Source: an uncultured Methanosarcinales archaeon (GTDB lineage: Archaea > Halobacteriota > Methanosarcinia > Methanotrichales > Methanotrichaceae). Taken from it: DNA of 64,000 nucleotides. The DNA lies in contig CAWJKV010000007.1 in assembly GCA_963843555.1 (NCBI GenBank), positions 168,073 to 232,072 of the forward strand. The letters run 5' to 3'. The position numbers and the translations under genes were made by a program. This document shows, piece after piece, positions 19,086-30,973 of the stretch (the stretch's first letter is position 1; each line of letters starts with the position of its first letter). The notes below the pieces were generated by a model, which was not told where the DNA came from, did no database searches, and saw only the letters and a program-made list of their open reading frames with translations.

Positions 19086-20160
19086 ATGAAAAAATTTCGA
19101 TTGTTAAAGGCCACCCGCCAGAGCACTGAATACTCCTGCGGGGCATCGGCCCTGCAGGCAGTATTGAGCTACTGGGGAAAAGATCTGGATGAGGAAGAGC
19201 TAATGAAGCTGCTCCATACCACTCCTGAGACCGGGACTTATCCAGAAGATATTGTTAAGGTTGCTCATGAGCTTGGGTTTGATGCCGAGGTTAGGGACAA
19301 TCTCAATCTAGACGATGTCGAGAAATCCACACAAAAAGGATGTCCCGTAATCATTCTGGGTCAGGCCTGGAAAAGCCGGCAAGAAGCGGAAAAAGCCTGG
19401 TCGGATGACTGGGAAGATGGTCACTATGTCGTAATTCTGAAAGTAGATAAGGATTATGTATATTTCGAAGACCCTTATGTGAGATTGGGGAAAGGTTTCA
19501 TGCCCCGTCAGGCGTTCGAGGAACACTGGCATAATATTGCTGGGAAAACACCATCCGATAGATCAAAGCAGATGCACGTAGGGATATTCATCAAAGGAGA
19601 GAAACCGGCTAAGCCCCAGTCGTTGAGGCAAATCGACACTTCAAAGCTGGATCTTGAAAAGATTCCTCCTCTGCAGCTTATTGTCGTTACCTTCAAGGGG
19701 GAGATATTGCCGTATGATTTCATTAAAGAGGTAAGACCTATTGCTGAATCCGGGCTTATCAGGCCGGCAGCGTACTTTGTCTTGCGCAAAGACAAAGATG
19801 GAAAATTAACGGCAATTGAAGGGGGCAACTTGCAGGAAGAAGAAGAGATGATAGAAATTGATGCTCTGATAGCAGTGATGGCAGGTCTGCGCCTGGGCGA
19901 ACGAGTAAATATCAAAGTCAGAGAAGAGAATGCCAGAGAGAGATGCATCCAGAGGAGATTTTGGGCTGCCTGCAGAAGATTTGGTGAGAATAGGGGAGAG
20001 GCTACCTGAAAACTCCTCGGCTTTAATCCTGCTCTTAGAGCATCTCTGGGCAAAGAAATTTAAGGATGCGGTCGCCAATTACGGCGGCGTCATAGTTAAT
20101 AATGAGATGATTAAAGCGGACACGCTGGCCGGCTTATCGAAAAAGCTTTCTAAAGATTAA
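19086..20160 (+). CDS. C39 family cysteine peptidase fused to a DUF6325-like domain (frameshift near 19940)
   Basis: RQSTEYSCG, GHYVV, FEDP catalytic residues; C-terminal half aligns with 11919-12440; ORFs 19086-20009 and 19930-20160 join at a GA run. Confidence 0.8.
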
Positions 20161-20184
20161 TTCAAATAATTTCGTGGTGGCAAA

Positions 20185-21066
20185 ATGCAAAAAGAGATTG
20201 GCTCAGGTATTTGGCAGTTTTCCGGAAATCTTCCCGGAACCCATATCGTGGTGCTGGGTGGAGTGCACGGAGATGAAAAGACCGGTATTATTTGCGTAAA
20301 AAATTTGTATGATATGTTTGCCTCCGACGAAAAGAGGGTGGACCGGGGAAAACTGACATTGATTTTGGGAAATGAAGAAGCCATCAAAATTGGCAAACGA
20401 GCAACGACTCCTGAGAACAATCTCAACCGCATGTTCTCGGATAAACATCTGAATGGGCCCATTCTGGACTTCTACGAATCCCGCCGGGCTCATGAGCTGG
20501 CTCCGATTCTCAGGTCTGCTGATATATCACTTGATATTCACTCTACTTCTGTGCAAACCATTCCCTTTTTGCCATGCGCTTTTTCACCCCGCCACGAATT
20601 GGTCTATAGGTGGTTTGATGCTGATATCGTGCTCTCGGACCCGGATTTTGTCCTTGGCGGCGTTCGTTCCACTACTGACGAATATGTTGATCATTCTGGC
20701 GGCATTGGCATCTGCTTTGAAACCGGCTTTGCCAACGATACCAGCCGCTTGCCAGCCGTAACAAATGGCGTCTTGAATATTCTGGCCGATCAGAAATTAA
20801 CTGAAGTGCCAGCATCGTTTGCGCCGCCCCAGCCTACCTACAGCGTCTACCGACTCGTAAGGAAGATAGTCCTCACAAAAGCAGGTTTTGCTTTCGTCAA
20901 AGGTTTTCCTCAATCATTCCAGGAAGTCAAAAAGGGGGAATTGATCGGATACCACGGCAGTATTCCAGAGGCTGCTGAGGAAGACGGAGTGATCGTTTTT
21001 CCAAGAGCCGCCGATCAATGGAAGATGGGTCATGATATCTTCTTTCTGGCCAGAAAAATTAAATAG
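20185..21066 (+). CDS. Succinylglutamate desuccinylase/aspartoacylase family (M14-like) protein
   Basis: GGVHGDE, NLNRMF, LDIHS, FETG. Confidence 0.88.
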   Translation: MQKEIGSGIWQFSGNLPGTHIVVLGGVHGDEKTGIICVKNLYDMFASDEKRVDRGKLTLILGNEEAIKIGKRATTPENNLNRMFSDKHLNGPILDFYESRRAHELAPILRSADISLDIHSTSVQTIPFLPCAFSPRHELVYRWFDADIVLSDPDFVLGGVRSTTDEYVDHSGGIGICFETGFANDTSRLPAVTNGVLNILADQKLTEVPASFAPPQPTYSVYRLVRKIVLTKAGFAFVKGFPQSFQEVKKGELIGYHGSIPEAAEEDGVIVFPRAADQWKMGHDIFFLARKIK

Positions 21067-21131
21067 TAAGGCTGCATCAATTCAATCAACTTGCTATAAC
21101 TCTTGAGGATAAGCGGTAAGATGGAAAATAT

Positions 21132-21890
21132 ATGATATTCCCTCTGATTTGGATAGCGATAATTCTAATTATCCTGGCAATTGTTTTAAGCCTCCTGGGC
21201 ATCAACCGCATTCCTCCTCGAATAAAGGAAACCAGAATCGCAAGGCTGATTTTGAGGAATACAACCTTAGGTGACAGGCTATGCGAGATATTCTATGGAG
21301 TCACCATGGTTACCGTGGTAAGCGGCATGGTAAATGTCGAAGCCTCAGGCTATGAGAACATAATGGCTGCCCTGCTCATCGTTTCCCTGGGCGTAAATAT
21401 CACCTGGGGAATAATTGATGGAGCGACTTCCGTTTATGGCGGTCTGGTAGATAAGGCTGAAGAAGACAGGTTAGTAAATTCGCTGAGAACGGACAGGAAT
21501 AATAAGGACAGGGAATCCGCCTCTGAAATCCTCCAGGGGACCATTCTCAGGAGCTTGAGCCAGGAAGATCAATCCAAAGTCGTTGACATGCTCCAGGCGG
21601 GAACGGCCGAAAAGCCCGGCAAATATGGTGCCTCAAGCGAAGACTTTAAAATGTTTCTGGCAATTTTCTCGATGGATTTCATAACCGTCTTTCCCGTGAT
21701 AATTCCATTCTATGTCCTGAAAGATCCTCAATCGGCGCTGTTCTGGTCGCACTTCATAGCCATTCTCCTCTTCGTGATAATAGGAATGGCCTGGGCGAAA
21801 TACTTGAACAAAAATATGATTAGAGCCGGTTTAGCTCTGGGAGTATTGGCGATAGCGACCATCTCCATTACATATTACTTTGGCTGGTGA
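21132..21890 (+). CDS. VIT1/CCC1-like membrane protein
   Basis: DRLCEIFYG, NITWGIIDG, PVIIPF pattern with 5-6 TM helices. Confidence 0.6.
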   Translation: MIFPLIWIAIILIILAIVLSLLGINRIPPRIKETRIARLILRNTTLGDRLCEIFYGVTMVTVVSGMVNVEASGYENIMAALLIVSLGVNITWGIIDGATSVYGGLVDKAEEDRLVNSLRTDRNNKDRESASEILQGTILRSLSQEDQSKVVDMLQAGTAEKPGKYGASSEDFKMFLAIFSMDFITVFPVIIPFYVLKDPQSALFWSHFIAILLFVIIGMAWAKYLNKNMIRAGLALGVLAIATISITYYFGW

Positions 21891-21936
21891 TGGTGTAATA
21901 TCGAATAAAAAATAGATATGCAGATCGCTGCTTTAA

Positions 21937-24229
21937 CTATTTCAGACAATAGACAAAGTAGGTTCCATCGATATTTTCAACGCCGTGGCTCTCATGCCCG
22001 AATCCTGGAAAAAGGTGATCCCAGGCCTGAAGGGCGCGCAGGTAGCTGAGATAAGGTCCATCGTCCGGACCTGCATTTTCACCGGGCATTAGCATGGGAA
22101 TGCCGGGCGGGTAGGGCACAATACCCACTGCAACAATCCTCCCATCCATTTTGTTAACTGCAACAGACTCCACTTCATTGTGCACCAGCCGGCTGTAAGC
22201 ATCACCTGGTTTCATTACCGGCTCGGGCAGCGTTGAGAAAGCCTGCGAGAGGAACTCTGTCTGCTTCGAATCCTTCATTTGCTTGAACATTTGATCGGAC
22301 AAATCACGCAAACCCATGCCAAGATAGCGTTCTGAATGGCTGGAGACAAGGTCTGGCAATACATCTTTCAGAGGGACATTGGAGTCATAGTCTTCCTTGA
22401 ACCTCAAGAGAGCGTTTGCGAGTGTACCCCACTTTCCTTTAGTAACACCGATGGAAAACAAGAATAGGATAGTGAAGTCAGTGGTCTTCTCCGCCACAAT
22501 GCCACGGTGATCGAGATAAGCAGAGACCAGAGTAGCGGGTATGCCGGTCGCCTCCAGGCTGCCGTCCAGCGCAATTCCTGGTGTGACTACAGAGACCTTA
22601 ATGGGGTCCAGCATGCAGTAGCCGTCTTCCAGGTTATGAAAGCCGTGCCATTTGTCACCGGGATGCAGCACCCATGCATTCGGATCGGTGATCAAGAGCG
22701 ACTCAGGTGCATCCTCAAAGGCCATGCGCTTGCCTGTAGCGGGATCAGTTACTTCATCAGCATTCCAGGTATTGAAGAACCATTCACCTTTCGCACTATA
22801 CTGCCGGTGGACCCGCCTGAGCGCCTGCCGGAAGGCGACCGCTTCTGCTATCGACTCATTGGTGAGGGTCCTGCCACCTGCTCCTTCCATCATTGCTGCC
22901 GAGATCTCATTAGAGGCAATGATGGCATATTGGGGTGAGGTCGAAGCATGCATCATGAAAGATTCGTTGAAGCGCTCGTGCTCCACGGGACTGCGCCCGT
23001 CTCGAACATGAATGAAAGAGGCCTGAGAGAGCGCAGCTAGCAGCTTGTGGGTGGACGTTGTCGTAAATACCGTAGGTCCCGTTATGTTCTGCAGGGTCTC
23101 CGTTCATGCCGTAACGATCCTGGTAGATGGGGTGGAAGCGGGCGTAGCCGTACCACGCTTCGTCGAAGTGAATGCGGTCCACGCTCCGGCCTAACAGATC
23201 CAAAACCCGGGTGGCATTGTAGCACAGGCCGTCATATGTCGAGTTCGTGATAATGGCATGCATGGGTTTATGATTGGCCGCTGTTGCCAGCGGATTCTCG
23301 GCAATAGATGCCTGGATGGCCTCCGGGTCTATCCGCTCCGGGTAAATCGGACCGATAAGGCCCAGATGGTTGCGAGAAGGTACCATGTAGGTGGGAATAG
23401 CCCCTGTCATGGTGAGAGATTGTTCGATGGACTTGTGGCAGTTGCGATCCACCAGGGCAATGTCATTTCTTGTTATGCAGGCCATGAAGATGACGCGATT
23501 TGATGTTGAGGTACCGTTGGTCACGCAGTAGGAGCGATGGGCTCCAAAGATGTGAGCCGCATACTTTTCGCTCTCGCCGATTGGGCCGGAATGGTCCAGC
23601 AAAGAGCCCAATTCCCCTACCGAAATGGATAGATCAGATCGAAGCAGGTTCTCGCCGAAGTACTGGAAAAAGGCTCTGCCTATAGGCGACTTGAGAAAAG
23701 CAGTGCCTCCGGCATGTCCCGGTGTATGCCAGGAATACTCATAGACCTGGGCGAACTTCACCAAGGCTCTGGTAAAGGGCGGGGTGATCTGATCCCGGTA
23801 GCGGAGCATAGCGGCAATAATCCGTCCGGCAATAAAATAGCTGGTATCTTCCAGGATCCAGATGATCTCATCCACTATGCGCATCTCTTCGGAGGTTATG
23901 GAAGTGGCATGGCCGCGCTCGATCATCAAAATTATTGGTATATGCACATTTCGCAAACGAACTTGAGACAGCAGAGACTTGGCTTTGGTATGAGTCGTGG
24001 GATCATCGTCTCCCAGGCTCCAATCCAGCAAAATGCATTGTATTGATGGATCGGAGATGACAACGGCCTGGCCGTCGTCTGAAGATGTCGATTCTATCAC
24101 CTGCACATCTCTACTGTGCAGTTCCTCGATCAGCGAGCGGGTAGCACGGCCGTTAGCGGTGGGCGATTGCAGCTCGTCATCTACTATCAACATTTTCATG
24201 CTGATTATTCTTTCACCCTTTGGAGTCAT
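21937..24229 (-). CDS. Orn/Lys/Arg decarboxylase (fold type I, AdiA-like with wing domain), frameshift near 23080
   Basis: WHTPGHAGG, TNGTSTSN, DRNCHKS, HFDEAW, STHKLL PLP lysine (shifted frame), MMHASTSPQY, PYPPGIP. Confidence 0.92.
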
Positions 24230-24335
24230 TGATCCTCAAACCTTCTATATTTGGGAGTATTGCTTCATAAACGGAAGTTCCGCTCAAAACTTTTCTATAA
24301 AAATTCCTTCCTCAAAACTACTTAATACTTTCTAA

Positions 24336-25247
24336 TTAGGATACAAGATAAACACCGGCTACTATTAAAAAAACTGCTGCCAGCTTTAAAACTAGCGTTC
24401 TTGAAGTCAGCTCCTCTATTAAAGCTCCAGGAATAAATATACTGAGCGTCACAACATAAATCAGAGTCAAAAATGGCTGCAGTGCAGCAACGCTTGAGAC
24501 TAAAGCTACAGATCCCAGAGCATAGGCGAAGATCAGTGCACCTCTTCCCAAAAAGTCGAATATCTCTTCTGCAATTAAGGCTGATGATAATAGCCTTCCC
24601 TGCCGGAAATATCCAAATGCTTCATCTCTAATTTCCTTTATCCATAAAAAAGGAAGAATCATCAAGAAATTTCCTGCGGACGACCACATAATCAGGTGCC
24701 ATTCGTCCATGAAAGAGAGCAAATACTTGGCAGCTACGGCATAAAAAGCTGAGAATATCCAGAAGACGACCATGTACTTCAGTGCTGGAGATAAGATCGA
24801 TGCTTCTCCTTTGGCTGGAGGCTTATAGGATACCAATATGGCGCTGATCACCAGAAGGATTCCTCCGGCGTAATCTCTCAAATCTAAAGTCTCCCCCAAA
24901 AAGATAAATGCCGCCGGGAAGACAAAGATCGGGTAAATATAAACCATGGCGGACACTCTGGAGGTCTCCTCAACTTGGAGTGCTCGGAGGTAAGATGCCC
25001 AGAGGACAACCTGTGCGGCCCCGGCTACCATGGCATAAATGGATTGAGGATAAACGAATCCATGCCCAATCCAAAGGAAAATCCCAATGGTAAAGATCTG
25101 TTGTAGAATTATTAATGTGATGAGATAACAATTGCAACTGCGTATGTACTTATCCAAAATGAGCTTATCAATAACTCCCGTGATGGCCAGGGAGGAAGCG
25201 CCTATAAGGGAGAATATGAACCAGTCCACATATCGATCCTTTCTCAA
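24336..25247 (-). CDS. EamA/DMT family transporter
   Basis: 10 TM helices, duplicated EamA pattern. Confidence 0.88.
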   Translation of the reverse strand: MRKDRYVDWFIFSLIGASSLAITGVIDKLILDKYIRSCNCYLITLIILQQIFTIGIFLWIGHGFVYPQSIYAMVAGAAQVVLWASYLRALQVEETSRVSAMVYIYPIFVFPAAFIFLGETLDLRDYAGGILLVISAILVSYKPPAKGEASILSPALKYMVVFWIFSAFYAVAAKYLLSFMDEWHLIMWSSAGNFLMILPFLWIKEIRDEAFGYFRQGRLLSSALIAEEIFDFLGRGALIFAYALGSVALVSSVAALQPFLTLIYVVTLSIFIPGALIEELTSRTLVLKLAAVFLIVAGVYLVS

Positions 25248-25292
25248 AGGATATTATACCTTTCTTCTTCTTAGCTTTGGATATCATTGGAA

Positions 25293-26186
25293 TTAAGATA
25301 TCAAATATATTCCTATTACTATCATAAAGACCGCTATCAACTTCAAGGACAGCGTCCTGCGATCCATTTCCTCCTTTAACAATCCGGGCATCAATAAACT
25401 CAGGGCCGCAACGTAAACGAGCGTAAAGAAAGGCTGCAAGGCCGCCACACTGGAGACAAGTGCAACCGATCCCACTGCATAGGCAAAAATAAGAGCTCCT
25501 CTGCCCAGGAAACTGAAGATCTCCTCAGCCAACAGAGCGGAAAAAAATGATCCGCCTCTTTGCACGTATCCGCAAATCTCGCTCCGGACAGATTTTGTTA
25601 TGAGAAAAGGCAGCACGGCAATTAGATTTCCCAGGGACAGCCATATCATGAGATGCCATCCATCCATAAAAGAAAGCAAGAGCTTGGCAGATATGGAATA
25701 GGTGGCGTAGAAAATCCAGAATAGTAACATGTACCTGAGAGCCGGCGAAAAAATTAAAGACCTTCCTTTGGTTGAAGGCCTGTAGGATATCAACAGGCCG
25801 CTGATCACCAGGAAGAGGCCGCCGATGTAATCTTTGGGGCTCAGGATTTCGTCCAGGAAGAAGAAAGCAGCCGGAAAGACAAATACAGGATAAACGTATA
25901 CCAGGGCAGCTATTCTTGATGTCTCCTCAACTTTTAGTGCTCTCAAGTAAGCAGCCCAATAGGCAATCTGGATGACTCCAACCACAATCGCATAAAGGGA
26001 GTGAGGATAAACGAAACCTGATCCCATAGTCAAGAAAATGCACGCGGCCAGAGCCTGCTGCAAAAAGATGAGGGCTACGAGATAGGCATGGGAATTTTGG
26101 ACATATTTCTCCAAAATGAGCTTGTCAATGACTCCAGTAATGGCGAGAGAGGATGCGCCGAGCAAGGAGAAGAAAAACCAGTTCAT
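25293..26186 (-). CDS. EamA/DMT family transporter (tandem paralog)
   Basis: Closely similar to the adjacent copy. Confidence 0.88.
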   Translation of the reverse strand: MNWFFFSLLGASSLAITGVIDKLILEKYVQNSHAYLVALIFLQQALAACIFLTMGSGFVYPHSLYAIVVGVIQIAYWAAYLRALKVEETSRIAALVYVYPVFVFPAAFFFLDEILSPKDYIGGLFLVISGLLISYRPSTKGRSLIFSPALRYMLLFWIFYATYSISAKLLLSFMDGWHLMIWLSLGNLIAVLPFLITKSVRSEICGYVQRGGSFFSALLAEEIFSFLGRGALIFAYAVGSVALVSSVAALQPFFTLVYVAALSLLMPGLLKEEMDRRTLSLKLIAVFMIVIGIYLIS

Positions 26187-26727
26187 CTTGGAACCTCAGC
26201 GGCAGAGACTCAGTTCTTCAAGCCTGGGAGCAGCCGCGTATCTGGATACCACAAACTGCATATCATCTAAAGGTCGATAATCACAATGCATCCTACAAGC
26301 TCACCCGCCAAAGCATTCCATTGCCTTCGCTAATCACTGGAATCTAGATTGTGCCCTCCCATTCATTAAACCCTTCAAAAGTAATAAGTATTTTGATACT
26401 AATGCCTTTAAAACATTCGATTTATCACTATTGTTTCGTCCAACCAAGAGCCAGAATATTCGTAGTTCAGTTTAAGGACTCATGACTGGTTACAAGAGAT
26501 AGAGACCTGCAAGAAGTAGTTGAAGGAGACCTTACGAATCCACAATTGAAAGTTGATGCATTGCTGGGTAATCCCTTTCGCCAGAGCTGATCATCCAAAT
26601 CCTAGCCCCACTTGCGCAGCAGGCAACGACCGGGTAGAGGAAAAGCTCATCTTCTCGATGAGCCCAAAAACTTTTTATCAACCCTAAACGTCAGTACTGA
26701 TATCATCTGATCAGGTTTGGGAATAAA

Positions 26728-27402
26728 ATGATAGCTAGAACGTCCTTAGGGGGGGTCAACAAACTTCGCACGATTTTTTATATATTATTTTTCATTTATT
26801 TATTATATCTCTTATATGATTTTTTTTACATGGAGTCAGATCGCTACCTATGGACGTTGTTTGCTATCTCTTTGATATTAATCCCCTTTGCCTTCGAAAA
26901 GCTGACCGGAATGTACTTTCCATGGGAAATCAAAATTTTGATAGTTCTTTCTCTGCTTCTTCATACGGCAGGAGAGTTTCACAGATGGTATTATACTTTG
27001 CCTCATTTCGATAAAATCTCTCACATAATTTCTGCTGCCGGAATAGCATATCTGGTATTTATTTTTATCATTTTAGTTGAGCTTTACTATGGGCTGGAAT
27101 GGAAAATACCCCGAATAATTGTCTTCATAATCCTCATGACTGCATCCTTCGCCCTCTTCTGGGAATGGTGGGAGATATTTAGCGATAATTATTTCGGTTC
27201 AAAATTCTTTTGGGATTTTAAGGACGGCGTCGGAGATGCAGCAGCAAATATCGCAGGGGTAATTATTGTATCTTTGGATGTAAATAAATACCTAAAAAAA
27301 AGGACTTACAAAGAGGTTGCTGAGGATTTCATAATTCCGGATGAAAGCGGGCATTATGCTATGAAATGGGCATTCCTACCAATCAAGAAGGAAAAAGAAT
27401 GA
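26728..27402 (+). CDS. Membrane protein, DUF2238/YjdF-like
   Basis: H-x-x-GE, FDKISH, FWEWWE, DGVGD motifs; AT-rich. Confidence 0.6.
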   Translation: MIARTSLGGVNKLRTIFYILFFIYLLYLLYDFFYMESDRYLWTLFAISLILIPFAFEKLTGMYFPWEIKILIVLSLLLHTAGEFHRWYYTLPHFDKISHIISAAGIAYLVFIFIILVELYYGLEWKIPRIIVFIILMTASFALFWEWWEIFSDNYFGSKFFWDFKDGVGDAAANIAGVIIVSLDVNKYLKKRTYKEVAEDFIIPDESGHYAMKWAFLPIKKEKE

Positions 27403-27447
27403 GAATAACAAGAGGGATATATTCATAAAGATATACTAGAGGATATT

Positions 27448-27912
27448 ATGTTTTCTGATTTTCTTATTGGGTCAATTATTATTCTTGTTCCGTTGGGAAT
27501 CTTAATCCTCACTTTAGCAGTCGATCTCAATATGAAAGAGCAGCAGCTTTCTCGAAGAATTAAAAAGCTCAACATGATAGCTAGTAGTTTGACAGAAAAG
27601 AAGATAACGGATTTGAATAGCGTTCTAGGCGGCCTCGATTTAGATGAACAAGATAGAAAACAGGTCGACAAGCTGGCTAATCAAGAGGATATTATAAATA
27701 ACAAAGAAAACGGCCCTGCGAATGACCCTATTGAGGACTATGCTCTTGCAGCCAAAAAGGTAGCCACAATAAGATTCGAAGAGAAGCTGCTGCTCAGTGC
27801 CAAAATAAGGTATTTCAAAATTTATGCGGCAATTATGTATATATTAATATGGGTTACTTTAGGAATTTTGCCTCTACTCTATAATTTGGGATTTCATTGG
27901 GATTGGAAATAA
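27448..27912 (+). CDS. Hypothetical two-TM protein
   Basis: 154 aa with N- and C-terminal TM helices; RBS GAGG. Confidence 0.6.
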   Translation: MFSDFLIGSIIILVPLGILILTLAVDLNMKEQQLSRRIKKLNMIASSLTEKKITDLNSVLGGLDLDEQDRKQVDKLANQEDIINNKENGPANDPIEDYALAAKKVATIRFEEKLLLSAKIRYFKIYAAIMYILIWVTLGILPLLYNLGFHWDWK

Positions 27913-28064
27913 AACATTTAAGCAATATGCGATTACATACTGATGCCTACCAGCCGCAGGGAAGATTCTAAGATAGCTTGCCGTTTCCTCCCAGACTACT
28001 TCATCTTTTCCAGTCTTTGCCATACGTTCTCTGAGTAGTCATATCGTCCGCAGTTATGATTAAT

Positions 28065-30879
28065 TTATCCCCAGAACCTCTTCGTCCTGGCATATTCCCT
28101 CTCCGCCTTCAGGATATCCCTGTAAAACTCCAGCTCATCCCTTTGCCGCTTTCCAACCACCCGCGCTGCCGTCTCCGGCCCCAGGCCCCGGCTGGCCAGG
28201 GCTATTGCGGCAGTCTTGCCATAGCTCAACACCAGATTGGCATTCCGAAAGACCCTTTTTGTCCTGCGTTTCTCCTCGGCGGTCTTCTTCTTCTCCGGCT
28301 TCTTGACCACCTTGATCTCCTCCTCCTCCCAGGGCTTGAGTGCGGCCACCATGCGTGACCCGCATAAGGGGCACTCCGGCTGCTCGGGCACGCGCTCGAC
28401 CTGGCGCATGGACTTCCACTTCTTGCAGTTCACGCAAAAAAGCAACACCCGGTCGTTCATGATCCTATTTTTAAGTAGGTTGATTACTGCGGCATCAGCA
28501 TGCTCCGGTGAGGTGACGTCTCTGCCTCCACCACGGCCGCTGGTTCCAATGGGCGAGAGCCCGCTGGTCGTGATGGCTATCGTTCCATCCCGTATCCGCT
28601 CCAGCACCCGTTTTGCAATGCAATATGTCCAGGCGGTCGTGGTAGATCTCCCGCAGCGCTTCCCGGTACATAGGCGTGCCTTCGAAGACTGCCAGCAATT
28701 TCGCCATGCTCACCCTCTGGTAGTCCACGTCCCTGGAGAAGGCGCCGAACTTGCGGGCCACATGCACCATCTTCCAGCGCAGGAGCGTGGTATTCTTCAG
28801 GGTCATCTCCAGGATGGGCTCTACATAAGTCGGGTCCAGCTCCAGGATCATCTTCTCTATCTCCTCCGCCAGCAGGACTTTGGGCAGCGTCAGCTCGATT
28901 CGATAGGGATCTATCTGCAGGGCTATGCTGGACCCAAAGCGAGCAGAAAGGATGGAGGTCATGACCCTTCCCAGGGTATCGTTGGTCTTGTGGCCAAAGC
29001 AGGCGTTGATGATGGCTCCCTCGCCTCCGCTCTCCACAACGATATGTGATTCATCAGGAACAGGCAGGTTCTTTTCCATCTGCTTTTTTATGAGGTCGAC
29101 AAGCTCCTCTGCCGCTTCCTGGTCTACAGGATACTTTCCTCGCAGCTCTTCTACGGCAAGCGTGCACCCATTCCCGCTTCCGCCCCCGTCCTTCTCCAGA
29201 GTCTCGCGGATCTCTCTCCGAATCCGGCCGACCTCCTGTGCCACATCAAAGGGAACGGGAATCTCCTCTCCAGTCCAGCTGGGAATCTCGCCACTGCGGT
29301 GAATGGGGACGACCTTGATCTCGTTCTCCCCTATCTCCGTGATCTCCCAGATCTCTCCCTTGGTGACGAAGGTGGCTCCAGGCTGGGCGAAGCTGATCAC
29401 GAAGGCTTCGTCCAGAGTTCCCACAGACCGGCGTCCCACGATATCGTAGACGTTGAACCTCTTCTCATCCGGGATCATGGAGAGGTTCTCGATGTAATAC
29501 TCTCGCGCCTTGCGAGTTCTCTGCAAAATTCCGTTGTACTGTCGGACCAGCCTGTGTTCTTCCATCTGGTCGACGACACCTTGCAGTTCCTCCGGTGTCA
29601 GATCCCGGAAGGGGTAAGCTCGGGTGACAATCTGGTGGGTCTTTTCCAGACTGATATCCCCAAAATCCATCTCCAACCCAACAATCTGGTTGGCCAGGAC
29701 ATCGGTGGGCTTTTCATGAATCTGGATCGACTCCAACTCCATGGCTGCCGCCCTGCGGGAGATGGCGCAGGCCTCGGCCACGTCGTCGGCACAGGTGGCG
29801 ATTATGGTCCCGGAAGAGATGAGGCCGATCTTATGGCCGGCGCGGCCTACACGCTGCAGCAGCCTCGAAACCTCGCGCGGCGAACTGTACTGGATGACGT
29901 GATCCACATCTCCGATATCAATTCCAAGCTCCATGGACGAGGTGCAGATGAGCCCCCGCAGGGCTCCGGCCTTGAAGGCCTCCTCCGCTTCCACCCGGGC
30001 TTCCACAGAGAGGCTGCCGTGATGGACGCCGATGGGCTCGCCCAGCTGCCTGAATCGTGAGCCCAGAACCTCAGCCGCCTGCCGGGTGTTGACAAATATC
30101 AGGCACTTTCTGGTATGCACCATCTCCCTGATCCAGCGAATCTGGGCTGCCAGGCGGGGATCGCACTCAAGCTGGCTTGCCATGGCATAGTCTGGCCGGG
30201 AGGCCTGAGGGCTGACTACCCGAAAGTCGCTCGCTCTCTCCATCTCGGTCTGGACGATTTTGCAGGTGCGACCGGTTCCGACAAGCAGTTTGGCAACGAC
30301 CTCAGGCGAGCCGACGGTGGCAGAGAGACCTATGCGCTGAAAGTCGCCCGCAAGCTCTGCCAGCCTCTCCAGGAGCACGGAAAGCTGCGAGCCGCGCTTG
30401 GATGTGGCCATCTCGTGCACCTCATCAACTACAACCATCTTGACCGTGGTGAGATTTTGGCGCAGGCGCTTGCCGGTCAGCATTATCTGCATCGTCTCTG
30501 GCGTCGTTATCAGCAAATCAGGGGGCTTTAGCGACTGCTTCCTCCGATCACTCTGGCTGGTATCGCCGTGACGCACAGCTACGGTAATGTGAAGCTTCTC
30601 TCCCCAATCATGAAATCGGCGCAGCATATCCCTGTTCAGCGCCCGCAGGGGTGTGATGTATACTGCCTGGATGCCCTTCCGCTCGCCGGCAAGAATCTTA
30701 TGAAAGATAGGCAAACTCGCAGCCTCAGTCTTGCCGGTGCCGGTGGGCGCAATGAGGAGCACATTTTCTCCGGCTAAAATTGCAGGTATGGCCTGCTCCT
30801 GCGGCAGCGTCGGCTCAAGGATAGACTCCTCCAACAGCCTTGCCCTGATCTGGCTATCAAGCTGACCGAAAACGTTCAC
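28065..30879 (-). CDS. lhr: Lhr-like ATP-dependent DEAD/DEAH helicase with C-terminal Zn finger (frameshift near 28615)
   Basis: APTGTGKT, TPLRALNRD, DEVH, LSAT, HHGSLS, QRVGRAGH; CVNC/CPLC in the distal ORF. Confidence 0.93.
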
Positions 30880-30973
30880 AAATAATCATTCCTGGAACCG
30901 GGTATGAAAACCTTGCGGCAAATGCGATAAGAGATTACGTCGATAAACGATTGATTACTGCACTGGGTAATGC

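Noticed and set aside
24243..24275. Possible fifth copy of the 24-bp motif upstream of the decarboxylase
   Set aside because: Only a CATAAA half-site matches; no palindrome or second repeat
26190..26345. Possible riboswitch (GGCAATGGA... fluoride-like start) upstream of the EamA pair
   Set aside because: The crcB pseudoknot partner and GCTRATGAC motif are absent; no convincing fold
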